The notes under the pieces are model-generated. The model saw only the letters and a program-made list of their open reading frames with translations. It made no database searches and was not told where the DNA came from. From the NCBI GenBank assembly GCA_951406725.2, contig OX597824.1, forward strand, positions 56,172,001 through 56,236,000: DNA of 64,000 bases. The letters run 5' to 3'. Shown piece after piece: positions 23,840 through 36,739 of the stretch. The translations under genes and the position numbers were made by a program. The first letter of the stretch is position 1; each line of letters starts with the position of its first letter. This stretch comes from Octopus vulgaris (lineage: Eukaryota).

Positions 23840-26800
23840 TTTTGCAGTCTGCCAGAAGAGAATCAATATTTTCCTCTTACTGATTCATATGCAGCACTTA
23901 TTCATTGAATCAATGGAATAAATACCCTTGCTCACAATTCCTTCAATTAAATCCAGACTTCATTATTAGCTTTAATCTGTTCAAGTATAGTGTTTTTGCT
24001 TTTTCCTTCATTTCCTCATGCATAATATCAAGTTCCGGTATGTCTAAATACTTGTATTGATAGTGTTATATCCTTATGCCTCCAATATTATAGTACAGTT
24101 GATACTGTCAACAATAGATAAAGAATACACTGTAACAGTGTAATACCAAAACAAAATAGAAACAATGGCAGTAACAAGTATGCAACAGACCAACAATCAA
24201 TATTTCCAACACAGTAACTTGGACTGTCAACTGTACCTGGATTTCAAACACCAAACTATGAAAGTTGTCTACGTCAGACCACTAGTATTTATAGGGTGTC
24301 ATACTCTTGCCACAACATATCTCCTTTTGAGATTTTGAGTTCCAAAGGAATAAAGAAATTTTATTTATTATTATTATTTTTAGTATCTTTTTCACTCGGG
24401 TCTTATCTCAAAGTGTTTGGTCTGCTTCAGTTTTCTCATGCTGGTTCTATGGGACTCCATTACTTTTGGTGCTGGTACATCGAATACATCAAAAAATACT
24501 TCCATAGGAATTTCTCTCCATTCTTCAGTATGTCTCTTCTTTAGCTGATTTATGTGTCTCCTATGTTCCTAGCATGGTCTTTTAATTTGATACATCATAG
24601 TTCCTTTTTTTTTTTTTAACAAGGCCATCCTCCCAGCCTTCTTTACCATTTTTGTAGGTTTTGAAATGCACTTTTTCTCCTACTTTGAAATATTTCATTG
24701 CATCTTTCATGTTTCGTTTACATCTTTTTTTTTCTGGCAATAACTTATCAAAAATCGATTTGTTCTTCTCGCGAACATCAACACTGTGGGTGACTTTCCT
24801 GAAATTGTACTTGGATTGGAGATTGCTCTCTATACCCTTAAGAATTTTGTTAGTGCTTTGTCATTACTTAATTTGTTATTTAATTCTTAATGCTCTTTTG
24901 AATGTGTCCATGAATCTTTCTACCTGCCCATTTGATCTTGAATGGTAGGGTGAAATGAAAATATGCTTTATCACATACATTTTACAGAAGTTCTTGAAAT
25001 CATACCCTAAGAATTGCATTCCATTATCAGAAACTAACATGTCTGGAACACTGTATCATGTAAACAGTTCATATCGGAACTTTATAGTTGTCTTAGCGGT
25101 TGGTTTATTGCACCTGCATATCTCTGGCTACTTTGCACAGCTGTCTACCACGATTAGATAGTAAGTGTCGTTTACCAGTTTGGCACAGTTGATATGTAAC
25201 CTAGACCATAGCTTCTCAGTCTCAGGCCATGATTGATATTTTACCGGCAGTAACTTCTCACCAAATTTTCAATATCCTGGTCAATAGTCAGCCAATAGAT
25301 GTAGTTTCTCATCAGAGCTTTCATCTTCAACATTCCTGGGTATGCACTGTGGAATTGCTGCAATACACGTTTTTGTAATATAGTTGGTGCAGCAACTCTT
25401 TGCACATACATCGTAATATTGTCATATATTGAGAAAGTACTTGAATTTGTATTTTTATTCTGCTTATTTTTTAAAGCTTCTTACATTTTTGTAATATACT
25501 CATCGCCTACAAATTTCATTCTTATATGCTGTGTAGTCAGTAGCAGTTCTTGGATAACATTAGTCATAATACTTCTTGTTTCATTTTCTGCCTGCACTGT
25601 GGCTATCATGGTATTTTCTAGTGGTTCCATATTTTTGGGAATTAGTTTCAATAGACAGTCTGCATGACCAATTTTTTAGATGGAATATACTGCATTTTGA
25701 AATTGTAATTTTGTAACATTATACCCTAACATTGTAGTCAGTTTGCTGTATGGGTAGGTAACATTTTCTTTGACCCATAAATTGATAGCAATGTTTACTG
25801 ATCTGTTTGTAACAGAAATCTTCTACTACGTAGAAACCTATAACATTTTTTCGCAGCAAAGATAATCAATAAGGCTTTTTCTGACTGTAATTTTTCTCTG
25901 CCACTATCAGCGACCATGATACATGAATTACTAGTTTCATACTTTCATCTTTATACTTGTGTAGCATAACTGCTCCTATTCAGTACTCCGGAGCATCAGA
26001 CACCACAACAATATTCATTTCAAGATCGAAATGCACAAGAGACAAATAGGTGATTAGAATCTTCTTCAAACAACTTCTTCAAACAACATTTTGGCATTTA
26101 ACCAACCAATTCCAGTTTGAGCTCTTAATTTGTACATGTTAGGAATGTAGTTTGCATAGTAGTTTGCCAGCCCAAGAAACACTTGTAATGTTGGTATATT
26201 TGTCGGAGTAGATATATTCTTTATTGCGTCTGCCCTCAATGGGTCAGGCTGTCTACCATTTTTATCAATTATTTGCCCTAAGTACTTAATTTGAGACAAA
26301 AAGAATTTGCATTTTTCTTCACTCAAAGTGAATCCATACTCTTTAATTTTCTTGAATACAGCTTTTATATGCTCCATATGCTGTTCACATGAATTATTCT
26401 TAATACATCATCCAAATAAAGGATTGCAAATTCACAATCAGATAACATAGTGTTCATGATTTGCTGAAATATTACCGGTGCAATCTTTAATCCAAAAGGT
26501 AACTGGGTATATCTGTACAATCGTCTGTGTGCATTTATTGTCAGATACTTGAGCATTTGTCATCTACTTTAATCTGTAAATAAGCATCAGACAGATCCAA
26601 TTTGGAGAAAAATTTTCCACCATTTAATTTTGTGAAAATGTTCTCTGGAGTTGGAAGTGGATGGTGGCACGTCTTTAAACAGTCATTTAATCCTGTAGAG
26701 AAATCAGCACACAGCCTAATCTTATTATTTTTCTTTTTAATGCATACTGTGGGCACTGCCCACTTAGAGTAATCCACCTTTTTGATGATTCCACTCTTTT

Positions 26801-27790
26801 CCAGTCAGTCCATTTACGATTTCAATTGCTGTGAATGGTACGTTTCTCTTAGATTTAAATACAGGCACAGCATTTTCATTTACTTGAAAGTAAGCTTCAG
26901 TCTTTTTGCATAGACCTAAGTCCTCCAATAGTACTTGAGGAAACATCTTTTTCAATTTTCTATTCTTGTCAGAGGGTGTCATACTTTCGCCACAACAGAT
27001 TGTCATCAGGTTAAAACATCCTTCTGATAGTCTATCTTGTTAAAATGGGTGCATTTTGATATACTAAATGCTATTCCAATATCTCTGCAATATACCTTGA
27101 CTGTATTAACGTATATTAACAAGTGAATTTACCTTTTTCAAACATTGCAAGTATCTTTAAGTCATTCATGAAGACTTGATGATTTAGGGACAATGCATTT
27201 CTTCCTAATTTCTCACCCATGTTGGCTTTTCTTAAGTGTCATTCAGATGGGAATTAGTATAGTAACAAATAACAAAGAAGTGAAAGGGTCTCTTTTAATG
27301 GCTACACTTCTCAATGATTTCATGTTCACCATCAAGTTTATTTTCCATTGTGTCATGCTAGCATTGAGGACCATCTTTCCAGCTGTGCCAAATATTCTAA
27401 GTGACTCCACAATTTAAAAATGATGCACCATATTTAAGCTTTTCTGAAATTGATCCATTTCATGCATAGCATAGTCTGTCTTTGCTTGCAGTTCTTTGCT
27501 ACCATTTTGTTAGTGATTAGATGGTCCTTGATACCTTTTGAGTATTTCCTGCACTATTCCTGTTCAGTAGGTAATAATTTATTGCGCATCAAATGATTGT
27601 ATTTGCCTGTCTGTAACTTCCACAGCAGACTGAAGCAGTGACTGGTCAATAATTTCCTACCGCTTTTCCTTTCATTGGAACTTTCATTATCGAAGTTGTT
27701 CGCCCCTCAACCATCCATTCCAGTACACTTTGTGTTACACATTCATTTAGATAATTCCCAATATGATTGTATAAGGATTCCAGTTTATCT
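23840..27790 (-). mobile_element. Degenerate R4/NeSL-type non-LTR retrotransposon RT region, split by a Gypsy insertion
   Basis: WMVEGRTTSIMK..GNY at 27650-27790 and LLFVTILIP at ~27255-27285. A YKYL..ELDIM..MKEK-type segment resumes below 24063. Confidence 0.6.
24064..26997 (-). mobile_element. Internally deleted Gypsy LTR retrotransposon (RT, RNase H, integrase remnants)
   Basis: RLCADFSTGLN, FSKLDLSDAYLQI, LPFGLK, YLDD and IKYLG motifs. 3' LTR at 24064-24317 is preceded by a PPT. The first ~25 bp of the 5' LTR survive at 26973-26997. Flanks GATAG / GATTG. Confidence 0.9.
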
Positions 27791-28249
27791 GAAAGTTCTA
27801 CCAGCACAGACATTGCCACTACCATATTCACTGTAGCCCCTGGAAAATTCACAACCACCATCAATAACAACTAAAACGCTAACGATAATGCAATCATTTC
27901 CACCACAGCAGCTATAAAAGCAGGCTCCTCTGCTGAAATGATGAGGTTGTATGAGCAAGTTTTCATAAAAGACAAATATAGGAGCCTGAAAAACTCCTGA
28001 GCAGAGGGAACAGGAGAGTTCAGCTTGCAGTCCCTTCACAATTGATGAAAATAACTGCCAGAAAAATGGTTATATAGTGGGGTGTGTCTATTAAAAACTG
28101 ATGGTGTAAGGGAAATATGGGGTGATGTAGATTTTGTAACTTGAACCAGGTAATAACTTGAGTTACAAAGACTGTACAGAAGATTACACACCAAAACCTT
28201 ACCTCAGAAACTTTCTGTCATCCAATGTAAATACAAAGACTTTTTGCTC

Positions 28250-28986
28250 TTTCTCACAATGTCTTGGTTGGTAAAAGTTAAAATATCAAATGCAGTATCA
28301 GATATTTATAGGGAAATGGCATGGTCTTGTAATCTTGCTTGATATTAAAAAATATTGTAAAAAAATTGGTCTATAATATCAAAAAATATTGTAAAAAATT
28401 GGTCTATGACTGGGTTGGATATTTTGATCCAGTTAAAGGAAGAACCCCTGGATAAGATTTCCAAATTTATTGAATTGCTGATCATAGTGAAAGGTAGAAA
28501 ACCTAGATATCATACATGCAAGAGCAGCACACACTTTAAGGCCCTCAACAACAAAGTGGAAATGCAAGAAGTTCTATGCTGCAGCCAACATCATAGCTAC
28601 AGCAACAACTACACCAACAAGAACAGCAACATCCCCAGCAGCTCCAACAAGAAAAGCAACTGCAATTGTGGAGACCAGAAATCAGTAATTCTACAACAGC
28701 TACTCATACAAGCATGGGAGGTCTTTTTATCCACTGGTCAACCAATACAGAGAAACAATCACGCACACATGCATATCCATCTCTTCCTAATACAAATTTA
28801 GTAGATATAGAAGTATTATACTCTAATGCGAACAAGATGAGACCATTGCGAAAAGCAAGTATTGCAGCAAAGAACAACTCAAAAAGCAAGAAACACAAAA
28901 ACTGTCTTAAAACCATCCAACAACATCAACACCAAAATTCCAACAACAGCATAACCAATGACCACAACTACAAAAAACAAAAGCAC
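28250..28986 (+). pseudogene. Degenerate ORF1-like remnant related to the 1-1296 ORF
   Basis: LIIVKGRKPRYHTCKSSTHF resembles VIVEGRKPNCYLCGSRGHI. A low-complexity tail continues after the 28991-30097 insertion. Confidence 0.5.
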
Positions 28987-28990
28987 TTAA

Positions 28991-30097
28991 CCCTTTCGTT
29001 ACCAAACCGCCCAAAGCCGCCTGAAAAAAATTTTGGTTAATGTGACCAAGCCGCCCGAATTTACCTATTCATATTTAAATGAGAATATCAGAGCAAATCT
29101 CTTTAGTACATTCGTGAAAACACGTGATTATGCTTCGTAAACAGTTCATCTACAGTTTTGTACAACGATCGATGTGTAATTTTAATTCCCTGAATTTTGG
29201 GAGATTTTTTTCCACATTTTTTTCGGCATCGATTTTTCTTCAACTTTGAAAATGGATAGGGGTTTCATGTTATCAAGCATTGATTCCGAATTGGAAAATT
29301 TGTGAAACAAATACTGGGTACTGTTGTGGATTCAGTTTTTATACAAGGAAACTAATGTTAGTCAGCATGGCTTAGGGTATGATGTGGTCTGGAAGTTATT
29401 GTTTGAAGCGATCAGTGCGGAAACAAACTGACACAGAATGTAAACAAACACAAAATGGGGGTTCAAATTTCGGAAAATTTGTGAAGCAAATACTGGGTAC
29501 TGCGTGGATTTAGTTTTTATACAGGGAAAATAATGTTAGTCAGCATGGCCTAGGGAACGATGTGGTCTGGAATTTATCACTTCCATACCATAACCAGGGC
29601 CGTATATTATTTTTTGACCGATTTCTTTAGTTCGGTCAAACTTACGGTGGATTCCAGTATTTCAGTTTATTCCACCTTTATGGTACACCTGTTGTGCATT
29701 AAATTCAACTGATGATATAGTGATGTGCACAATTCTTCTTTATCAAAATTTTGTTGCATACCCATTTGAATATTAGCTGGTGATTCATTTTCTATGGTGA
29801 TGTTTAAACAAAATTTTAATATTTTTACCTTTTGCTCAATTTAAAATTTTAATATTTTTACCTTTTGCTCAATTTACCTGGATTTACCTGTAATTAAAGT
29901 CACTTTGAGACAAAAGTTATGCAATAGAATTGATTAAGAACCCTTTCTTTAATTATGTTCCAAATATCACATTAATATGTTGATAAGTAAAAAAGTTACA
30001 GTTATTTAATGAAACAAGCCTAGATTCATGATTATTTTAGAATTTAATTGAAACTCATGAGGGGTGTATTTTGGTCAGAAATATAGTAACGAAAGGG
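28991..30097 (-). mobile_element. Non-autonomous piggyBac-type element, copy 2 (1.1 kb)
   Basis: TTAA|CCCTTTCGTTAC ... GTAACGAAAGGG|TTAA, a perfect 12-bp TIR with TTAA TSD. 29585-30097 is nearly identical to the reverse complement of 15269-15742. Confidence 0.93.
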
Positions 30098-30497
30098 TTA
30101 AAGGAAAAGAAAATACAAACTCAACAGCAACAGCTAAACATACAATCAAGTACACAGGCTGAACCCTCATCATCTTTACAGGTTATTCAAATAAGCAACA
30201 GCAATTTAATGCAGGAAATCATGGAAAACAAAAACATTCTCATAAATTGGGATTGATTTCAACAAATTCTTGTTGAAGACTCCTTAAGATGAACTATTAC
30301 TTCAATTTGACACAAATATCACTCCTAAAAAAATTCCCTGTGAACATTGAGCTTTTTAGGTTAAACCTGAAGATGGCCTTTCACAAATTCTTCCTAAACC
30401 AGTGAGAGGACAGGACCACTAGCCCTTCGCAAAGACTAAGTTGGGTAACCTCTCCATATACTTTTCTAACAGACATGGTTACGCTGAAAGTGAGTTT

Positions 30498-31830
30498 ATC
30501 ATCATCAGTTAACACCTGTTTTCCATACTTACATGGGTTGAATAGTTTGACAGGAGCTGGCTAGGATAGAAGCCATAGCAGGCTCCATTGTCTGTTTTAG
30601 TATGGCTCCTACAGCTGGATGTCTTTCCTAATGCCAACCACTTTACAGAGTGTACTAGGTGCTTTTTTATGTGGCACTATCATTGACAGAGTCACTAAGT
30701 TCCTTGCAAGATGAAAAGAGCAAAAACCCTTCAACTGGGAGTGGGGAGTAGTATGGCAGGAGACACTTTTGCCAGTTGAGAGATTAAAAGTATAAAGGGA
30801 CAGAGATAGGTGCCTTGCTGTACATATATGGACATCATAGTTGGAAAGGAAGAGTTAGAGAGTAGGATAAGGAGAGTGATAGTGGAGATGTGTTGGGACA
30901 TACCCTCAAGGGACATTGTGGGTGGTGAGAATAGGTGAAGTGATACAAATGTTTGAATTGGGTGAGTGAGCAGGATAGAGTTCACTCTATTCTCACCACC
31001 CACAATGTCCCTTGGGGGTATGTCCCAACACATCTCCACTATCATCTTTCTCACTATCACTCTCCTTATCCTACTCTCTAACTCCTCCTTTCCAACTATG
31101 ATATCCATATATGTACAGCAAGACACCTATCTCTGAGAGAAACCGAGGAGAGGCTTGAAGGCAGGGGATTGCAGTAAATATAAGAGGGCATTGAAAATAA
31201 AAATAGATAAGCAAGTTGTTTATAGTGGAGAACAGCACAGTGGGGAGAAAGTGCAAAAAGGAGTTGATTAGGTGGAGAAAAACAATGAAAAATGGAAGCA
31301 GTTTAGGATGAGGAAGAAAGGTAACTGAGAAAGCCAGGGGAATGTAGTATGTGCCTATTCTGCTCTCAGGTGATAGAGAAGTGATGGGTGTTAGGGGATG
31401 TATGGGGGGAGGCAGAGAGGATGTGTGATTGAGGCAGAACCCTTCACAGACAAGCATTACCAAGGTGGTTTTAGGATTTCAATTCTGTGGTGGGTTGGTT
31501 TTCTTTAGCACAGCAAGGTGCCAGATATCTCAGTCCTTTGTCATCTCCTTCCTAAGGCTCAGTGTCTTGAGACTAGCCTTCAATACTTCATCACATATCT
31601 TCCTGGGTCTCCCACTTTTACAAGTTCCATTCATTTTAAGTGATCAGCACTTGTTTATGCAACTATTCTCATCCATATACATCACATGATCAAACCAGTG
31701 CAGTTTTCTCTCTTGCACACTGCATCTAATTCCTCTCATGCCTAACTTTTCTCTCAATACTGTAGTGCTCTGTTGCACTTACACTCTGACATTGCACATC
31801 CAGGAAAGCATACTAGCTTCATTCCTCTCT
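30498..31830 (-). mobile_element. Degenerate RTE LINE 3' part containing a local inverted duplication
   Basis: (CAT)n tail at ~30498. ORF2 end at 31500-31830 (VQERKLHWF-like on the minus strand). Confidence 0.7.
30801..31135. repeat. Local inverted duplication (~140 bp arms, ~41 nt loop)
   Basis: 30801-30939 pairs with 30981-31135. The right arm carries about 15 extra nt. Confidence 0.9.
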
Positions 31831-32330
31831 CTTGTATTTATGTATGTGACCTGGGGTCAGCTTGGTTCAAAGTCAATTGTTCGATGACCTCAGGTCCCAA
31901 GATAGAGACATATCAACTATCTATGAAACCAGGATCTATAAAAAGCATGTGCTCTCGTCAACTTTTCACATGACGTAAAAGCAACATCATGAACAAATCA
32001 TGGAGATTGTTGGTCTTAAAACAAAACCAGACACAACTCGTGTATCGGTAAGTAAAGCTACCCCATCTTCATTATCAGGAATATATCATGAGACCCTTAA
32101 ACCCGTGCCTCAGCCACACCTAACAAAGACAAAGCAACAACATCTAGTTCTAAATGATCAGTAAGTACTATGTATTAAATAACCTGTTACAGCTATGAAT
32201 ATCTTTGTATTTTTGTTGTAGTTTTTCAAGACCATGTGGTTAATAAAGATATCATCATTATTATTATTATTATTATTTATTGACATCCAACATAATAAAT
32301 TGATCCACATAATTTTCTTGCATTCTTCAG

Positions 32331-32418
32331 ACTTTCAATTCCCGTACCTGCCAGTTGGTTCTTGGTGCTGGAGCCCTTCAGTTAGTTGGTCTAAAAACAA
32401 TTTCTACAAAGAATTTAG
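32331..32418 (+). CDS. VPS54: VPS54 internal exon C
   Basis: ttcag| acceptor; 88 nt encoding TFNSRTCQLVLGAGALQLVGLKTISTKNL(A); |gtgagt donor. FNSRxCQLVLGAGA is the signature VPS54 motif. Confidence 0.96.
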
Positions 32419-32650
32419 GTGAGTAATGTGTGTGTGTGTGTAATGCTGTCATCATTTTACATTCACTTTCCAAGCTGTCATAGGTAGAAAACCTAGATAT
32501 CATATCATACAGGTCATCACAGTCCAAGTCATTCTTATTGGGAGCTCAAATTTATTGTTTGGTTTGGTTTCTATGATTGGATGCATTTTTTATTGTCAAC
32601 TTTGCGGAATGTATTGGCACCAACACTAGAGTGCTGAGTAACTTAAGATG

Positions 32651-33419
32651 TATAGACTGACTGCGGGTAAGAGTGTGGTTGTTGCTTTCTGTTGTTTCCT
32701 TCCTGTTGTTTATCACCACATTCTCCCTCTTTGTTTTTCTCTCTCCTTTCTCTCTCACTTTCCCACTCTCTTACTCTTCTTTTCTCTCGGACTCTCCCTC
32801 ACTTTCTCTTACTCTCTATCTGTCTCTATCTATCTCTCTCCTATTTATAAACAACAAAAGATCTTGAGTAAGTTGAGAAATAAAATATTTTGAAAGATCG
32901 ATCATAAATATCAGGCAGTGACAACGGAAAGCTCTGCTTCAAGGCAGACAGCAAGACACTAACATTTAAAAGGGACAGATGAACTTGCGAGCTGAATAAA
33001 AATAAAAAAAATATTGGAAACCAAAGTTTGAAGGGATAGAATCTGAGGATAGTAGGCTCACCATGGCTGGCATTTCTCAATGACGGACGTAGTGGCAGTT
33101 TAACGGCTGGCGTAAAATTTTGAACTTGATGTAAAAGAAAATTCGTAAACACTAAGTTTTGAAGTGTTTCTTTCTCACAACAGTAGGCTCACCATGGCAA
33201 GCATTCAAAACTTCATCATGGACGGCAACACATTGACGATTTAAAGGCAGGCACAAATTTTTTAGCTTGCTGTAACAGAGAATTCCTAAACACCCTCTCC
33301 TATAAATTTTAATCCCCTTCCAGCCCCATTTAGACCCCTTTTCACATTTTGGTTAATATAACCCGATTTCATTCGGGTCTACTCAGACCACATTTTATAA
33401 GATGAGGAATTTTGTCCTA
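32651..33419 (-). mobile_element. Unclassified ~770 bp interspersed repeat, copy 2 (inverted relative to 3284-4043)
   Basis: Direct sequence match. The spurious ORFs 32841..33152(-) and 3550..3804(+) are nearly identical. Confidence 0.85.
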
Positions 33420-33515
33420 GGTCATTTGAGGAAAAAAATAGTTGCCATGCAAACTCACCAGCACTTTTAACATAGGTGTGCATATTTTCAGCTTAACCGA
33501 CCACATAATGCACAC

Positions 33516-33810
<295 letters not shown>

Positions 33811-33829
33811 TTAACCCAATAATTATCGC

Positions 33830-34243
33830 CACCACCACCACACAATCATGTGAACAAATATTTGTTCTCATGATTGTGGCGATAATAATTCTCTCTATGA
33901 ATGCAGACAGACGTAGAGAGAGAGAGGGGGGGGATGTGAGAGAAAGAGTGAGAGCGCTGGCGAAGGCGGCGGGGGAAAGATAGTTGATCTGTCACACGTC
34001 GTTATAGAGAGAAATTGAAGGGAAGGGAAGAAAGAGAGAGAAACGGAGGAAGACAGGCAAGACTTGTCAAAGTGTGGGTTTTTTGCCCTAGTAACCACAC
34101 TTTACATGTGCCCTAGTAACCTCATTTTACATGTGCCTGTAAATTTCAGAGCAAATCCGACGGGATCTAGTGGCCTTTAACCCGTTCTCAATGCCAAAAC
34201 CAGACAAACAAACTTTTTGCATTTCAGAATTATAATATAGAGA
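33830..34243 (-). mobile_element. Partial non-autonomous Helitron (5' end), head-to-tail with the next copy
   Basis: Minus strand begins TCTCTATATTATAATTCTGAAATGCAAAAAGTTTG, identical to the start at 36447. Confidence 0.7.
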
Positions 34244-36447
34244 CTAGCTTAAGGTGACCTGCTCTACGCGCGGGTGATGTTTTGGTTGTTGGACCAATGT
34301 ATTAATGTAGCATTGTTTTAAAACAAAAGAGGCAATGCGTTTATTTCTAAAAAAAAAAAAAAGACAAACGTCCGCCAATGGGAAGACAGTTCATATTCAA
34401 TTAGAGCACTCTGGGTATAATCATAAAATTGAAAAATGGAATTTCGGTGGCGTATATTGTTGAGGACTCTAAAAAATAAAGGTTTTTTAACCTGCAGGAA
34501 GATAGTTTAAACCAAAAAAGGCAGACTGTAAACTCACATCTGCAATAGTGTATGAAATTAGAATTCACACCCAGCTCAGTTTGTAGAAAGAATATCATGA
34601 CGTGAACGCATGAGTTGGGAGTTTGACTGATAGAGGTTATATGGTGGCATATGCCAGTCCTTTCGACACCACCTAAACAATGGAACAGTGTATAAAATGT
34701 AATTAACAACTCATTCACTTTATGAATGTCTTATGTTGGCGAAGAAACAATAACTTGACAAAACCGTTCAATGGAGATGTAGAAGGAATCGGAAAATGAG
34801 GAATAAAGAGACGAATGAGTTGGATCAAATGTTTGCAAACATTTTAACCCAATCTTCTTTATGAACCATGTTCTTTTTAATGTCTTTATTTTCAAGAATG
34901 AAGAGATAAGACATGCAGAAGAAACGACAATCATACAGTGAGAGGGTTGGTTGAAGAAAGAGTAACAGACGCTATCAAACAACGTTATAGAGAGAATGTG
35001 AAAGGAAGGGAGGAAAGAGACAGAGAGGTGAGGAAGAAAAGGTCATATATGAAAGAAAGAAGTGTGCGATTTTTGCCCTAGTAACCACACCTTTTAAGAT
35101 AGGGATTTCTAAGCTAGCCCACTCACATCCTCACCTCATTTTACATGTCCCTGTAAATTTTGGAAGAAAGAGTAACAGAGAGACGGCGGAGGTGTCAAAC
35201 GTCGTTATCTAGAGAGAAAATGGAGGGAAGGTGGAAAACAGAGAGATCGAGGAAGAAAAGGTGATATATGAAAGAGAAGACTGAAAAATAAAATATTTTG
35301 AACCCTAAAAATGATTTTGTTTACAATGAGAAAATGAATGAAATAGTTAAGAAGTAAATATTTCAAAACTGGAAAATTTTTCAAATTTACTGACAAATTA
35401 TTGTTAACGACGTTCGCCTTGAGCATACAAATAAATTCTTTAAAAGGGTATAATGTTTCTTAGCACAGCAAATCTTGTATCCACACAAAATAATAACATA
35501 TCTTCTGATAAATAATATCTGTTATAATTGTGCGGTGGTAGTGGGAGATAATAAATCACCTTTCCGAAAACCTGTGATGGGAATATTTAAACTTTTGCGG
35601 CTGTCACGTTTCGTCTTTATAGATACAAACAGAAATACATTGAGAGACGTGTTGGAGAAGAAAGAGAGATGGCGGAGGTGTCAAATGTCGTTATAGAGAG
35701 AGAATGTGGAGGAAAGGGGGAAAAGAGAGAAATCGAGGAAGAAAAGATGATATATGAAAGAGGACTGAAAAATGAAATATTTTGAAACCTAAAGATGATT
35801 TGTTTTAAGAGAAAGATTCTCATGATTTTGTGGTGGTGGTGGCGATGATAATTCTCTCTATGAATGCAGACAGACGTAGAGAGAGAGAGAGTGACAGCGC
35901 TGGCGAAGGTGGCAGAGGAAAGATAGTAGACGCTATCAAACGACATTATAGAGAGAAAGTGAAAGGAAGGGAGGAAAGCGAGAGATGGAGGAAGCCAGGC
36001 AGATAATAGAAACCGATGGTGGCGAGGGAAAGATAATAGACGCTGTGAAACGACGTTATAGAGAGAACGTGAAAGGAAGGGAGGAAAGAGAGAGATGGAG
36101 GAAGCCAGGCAGATAATAGAAACCGATGGCGGCGGGGGAAAGATAATAGACGTTGTGAAACGACGTTATAGAGAGAAGGTGAAAGGAAGGGAAGAGAGTG
36201 AGAGATGGAGAAAGACAGACACATAAAAGAATGAGAGTAGACTTGTCAAAGTATGCGTTTTTGACCCTAGCAACGACACCTTTTAAAATGGGGATTTCTA
36301 ACCTAGCCCACTCACATCCTCACCTCATTTTACATGTCCCTGTAAATTTTGGAGTCAATCCGACGGGATATAGTGGCCTTTAACTCGTTCTCAATGCCCA
36401 AAACCAGAAAAACAAACTTTTTGCATTTCAGAATTATAATATAGAGA
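34244..36447 (-). mobile_element. Non-autonomous Helitron with internal minisatellite
   Basis: Minus strand has 5' A|TC at 36447 and a 3' hairpin (ACCCGC..GCAGGT) followed by CTAG ending at 34244. ~112 bp tandem units lie at 35946-36200. Confidence 0.78.
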
Positions 36448-36739
36448 TAATGGGAATAGGAGATGGAACAATGATAACAGAAAGGTCAGAAATAAATAGT
36501 TGAGAGTATTGGTGGGGATAGAAGTGTAAGTATAGAACATACTCAATAGACTAGGTTCTTTACATTTGCTCAGGTGTCTCTGGATGGATCAGAGAGAAAG
36601 AGGGATCAAGACAACAGAAGTGCCAGAACAGGTGATTGGAAGATAGGGATATTTTAGGGTGAAGTCAGTAGGGCAGTGTTTAGAAATAGTAGAGGTAGAG
36701 AACGATAAGGTTGGGTGACGAGATAAAGGCAAGAGTAGC

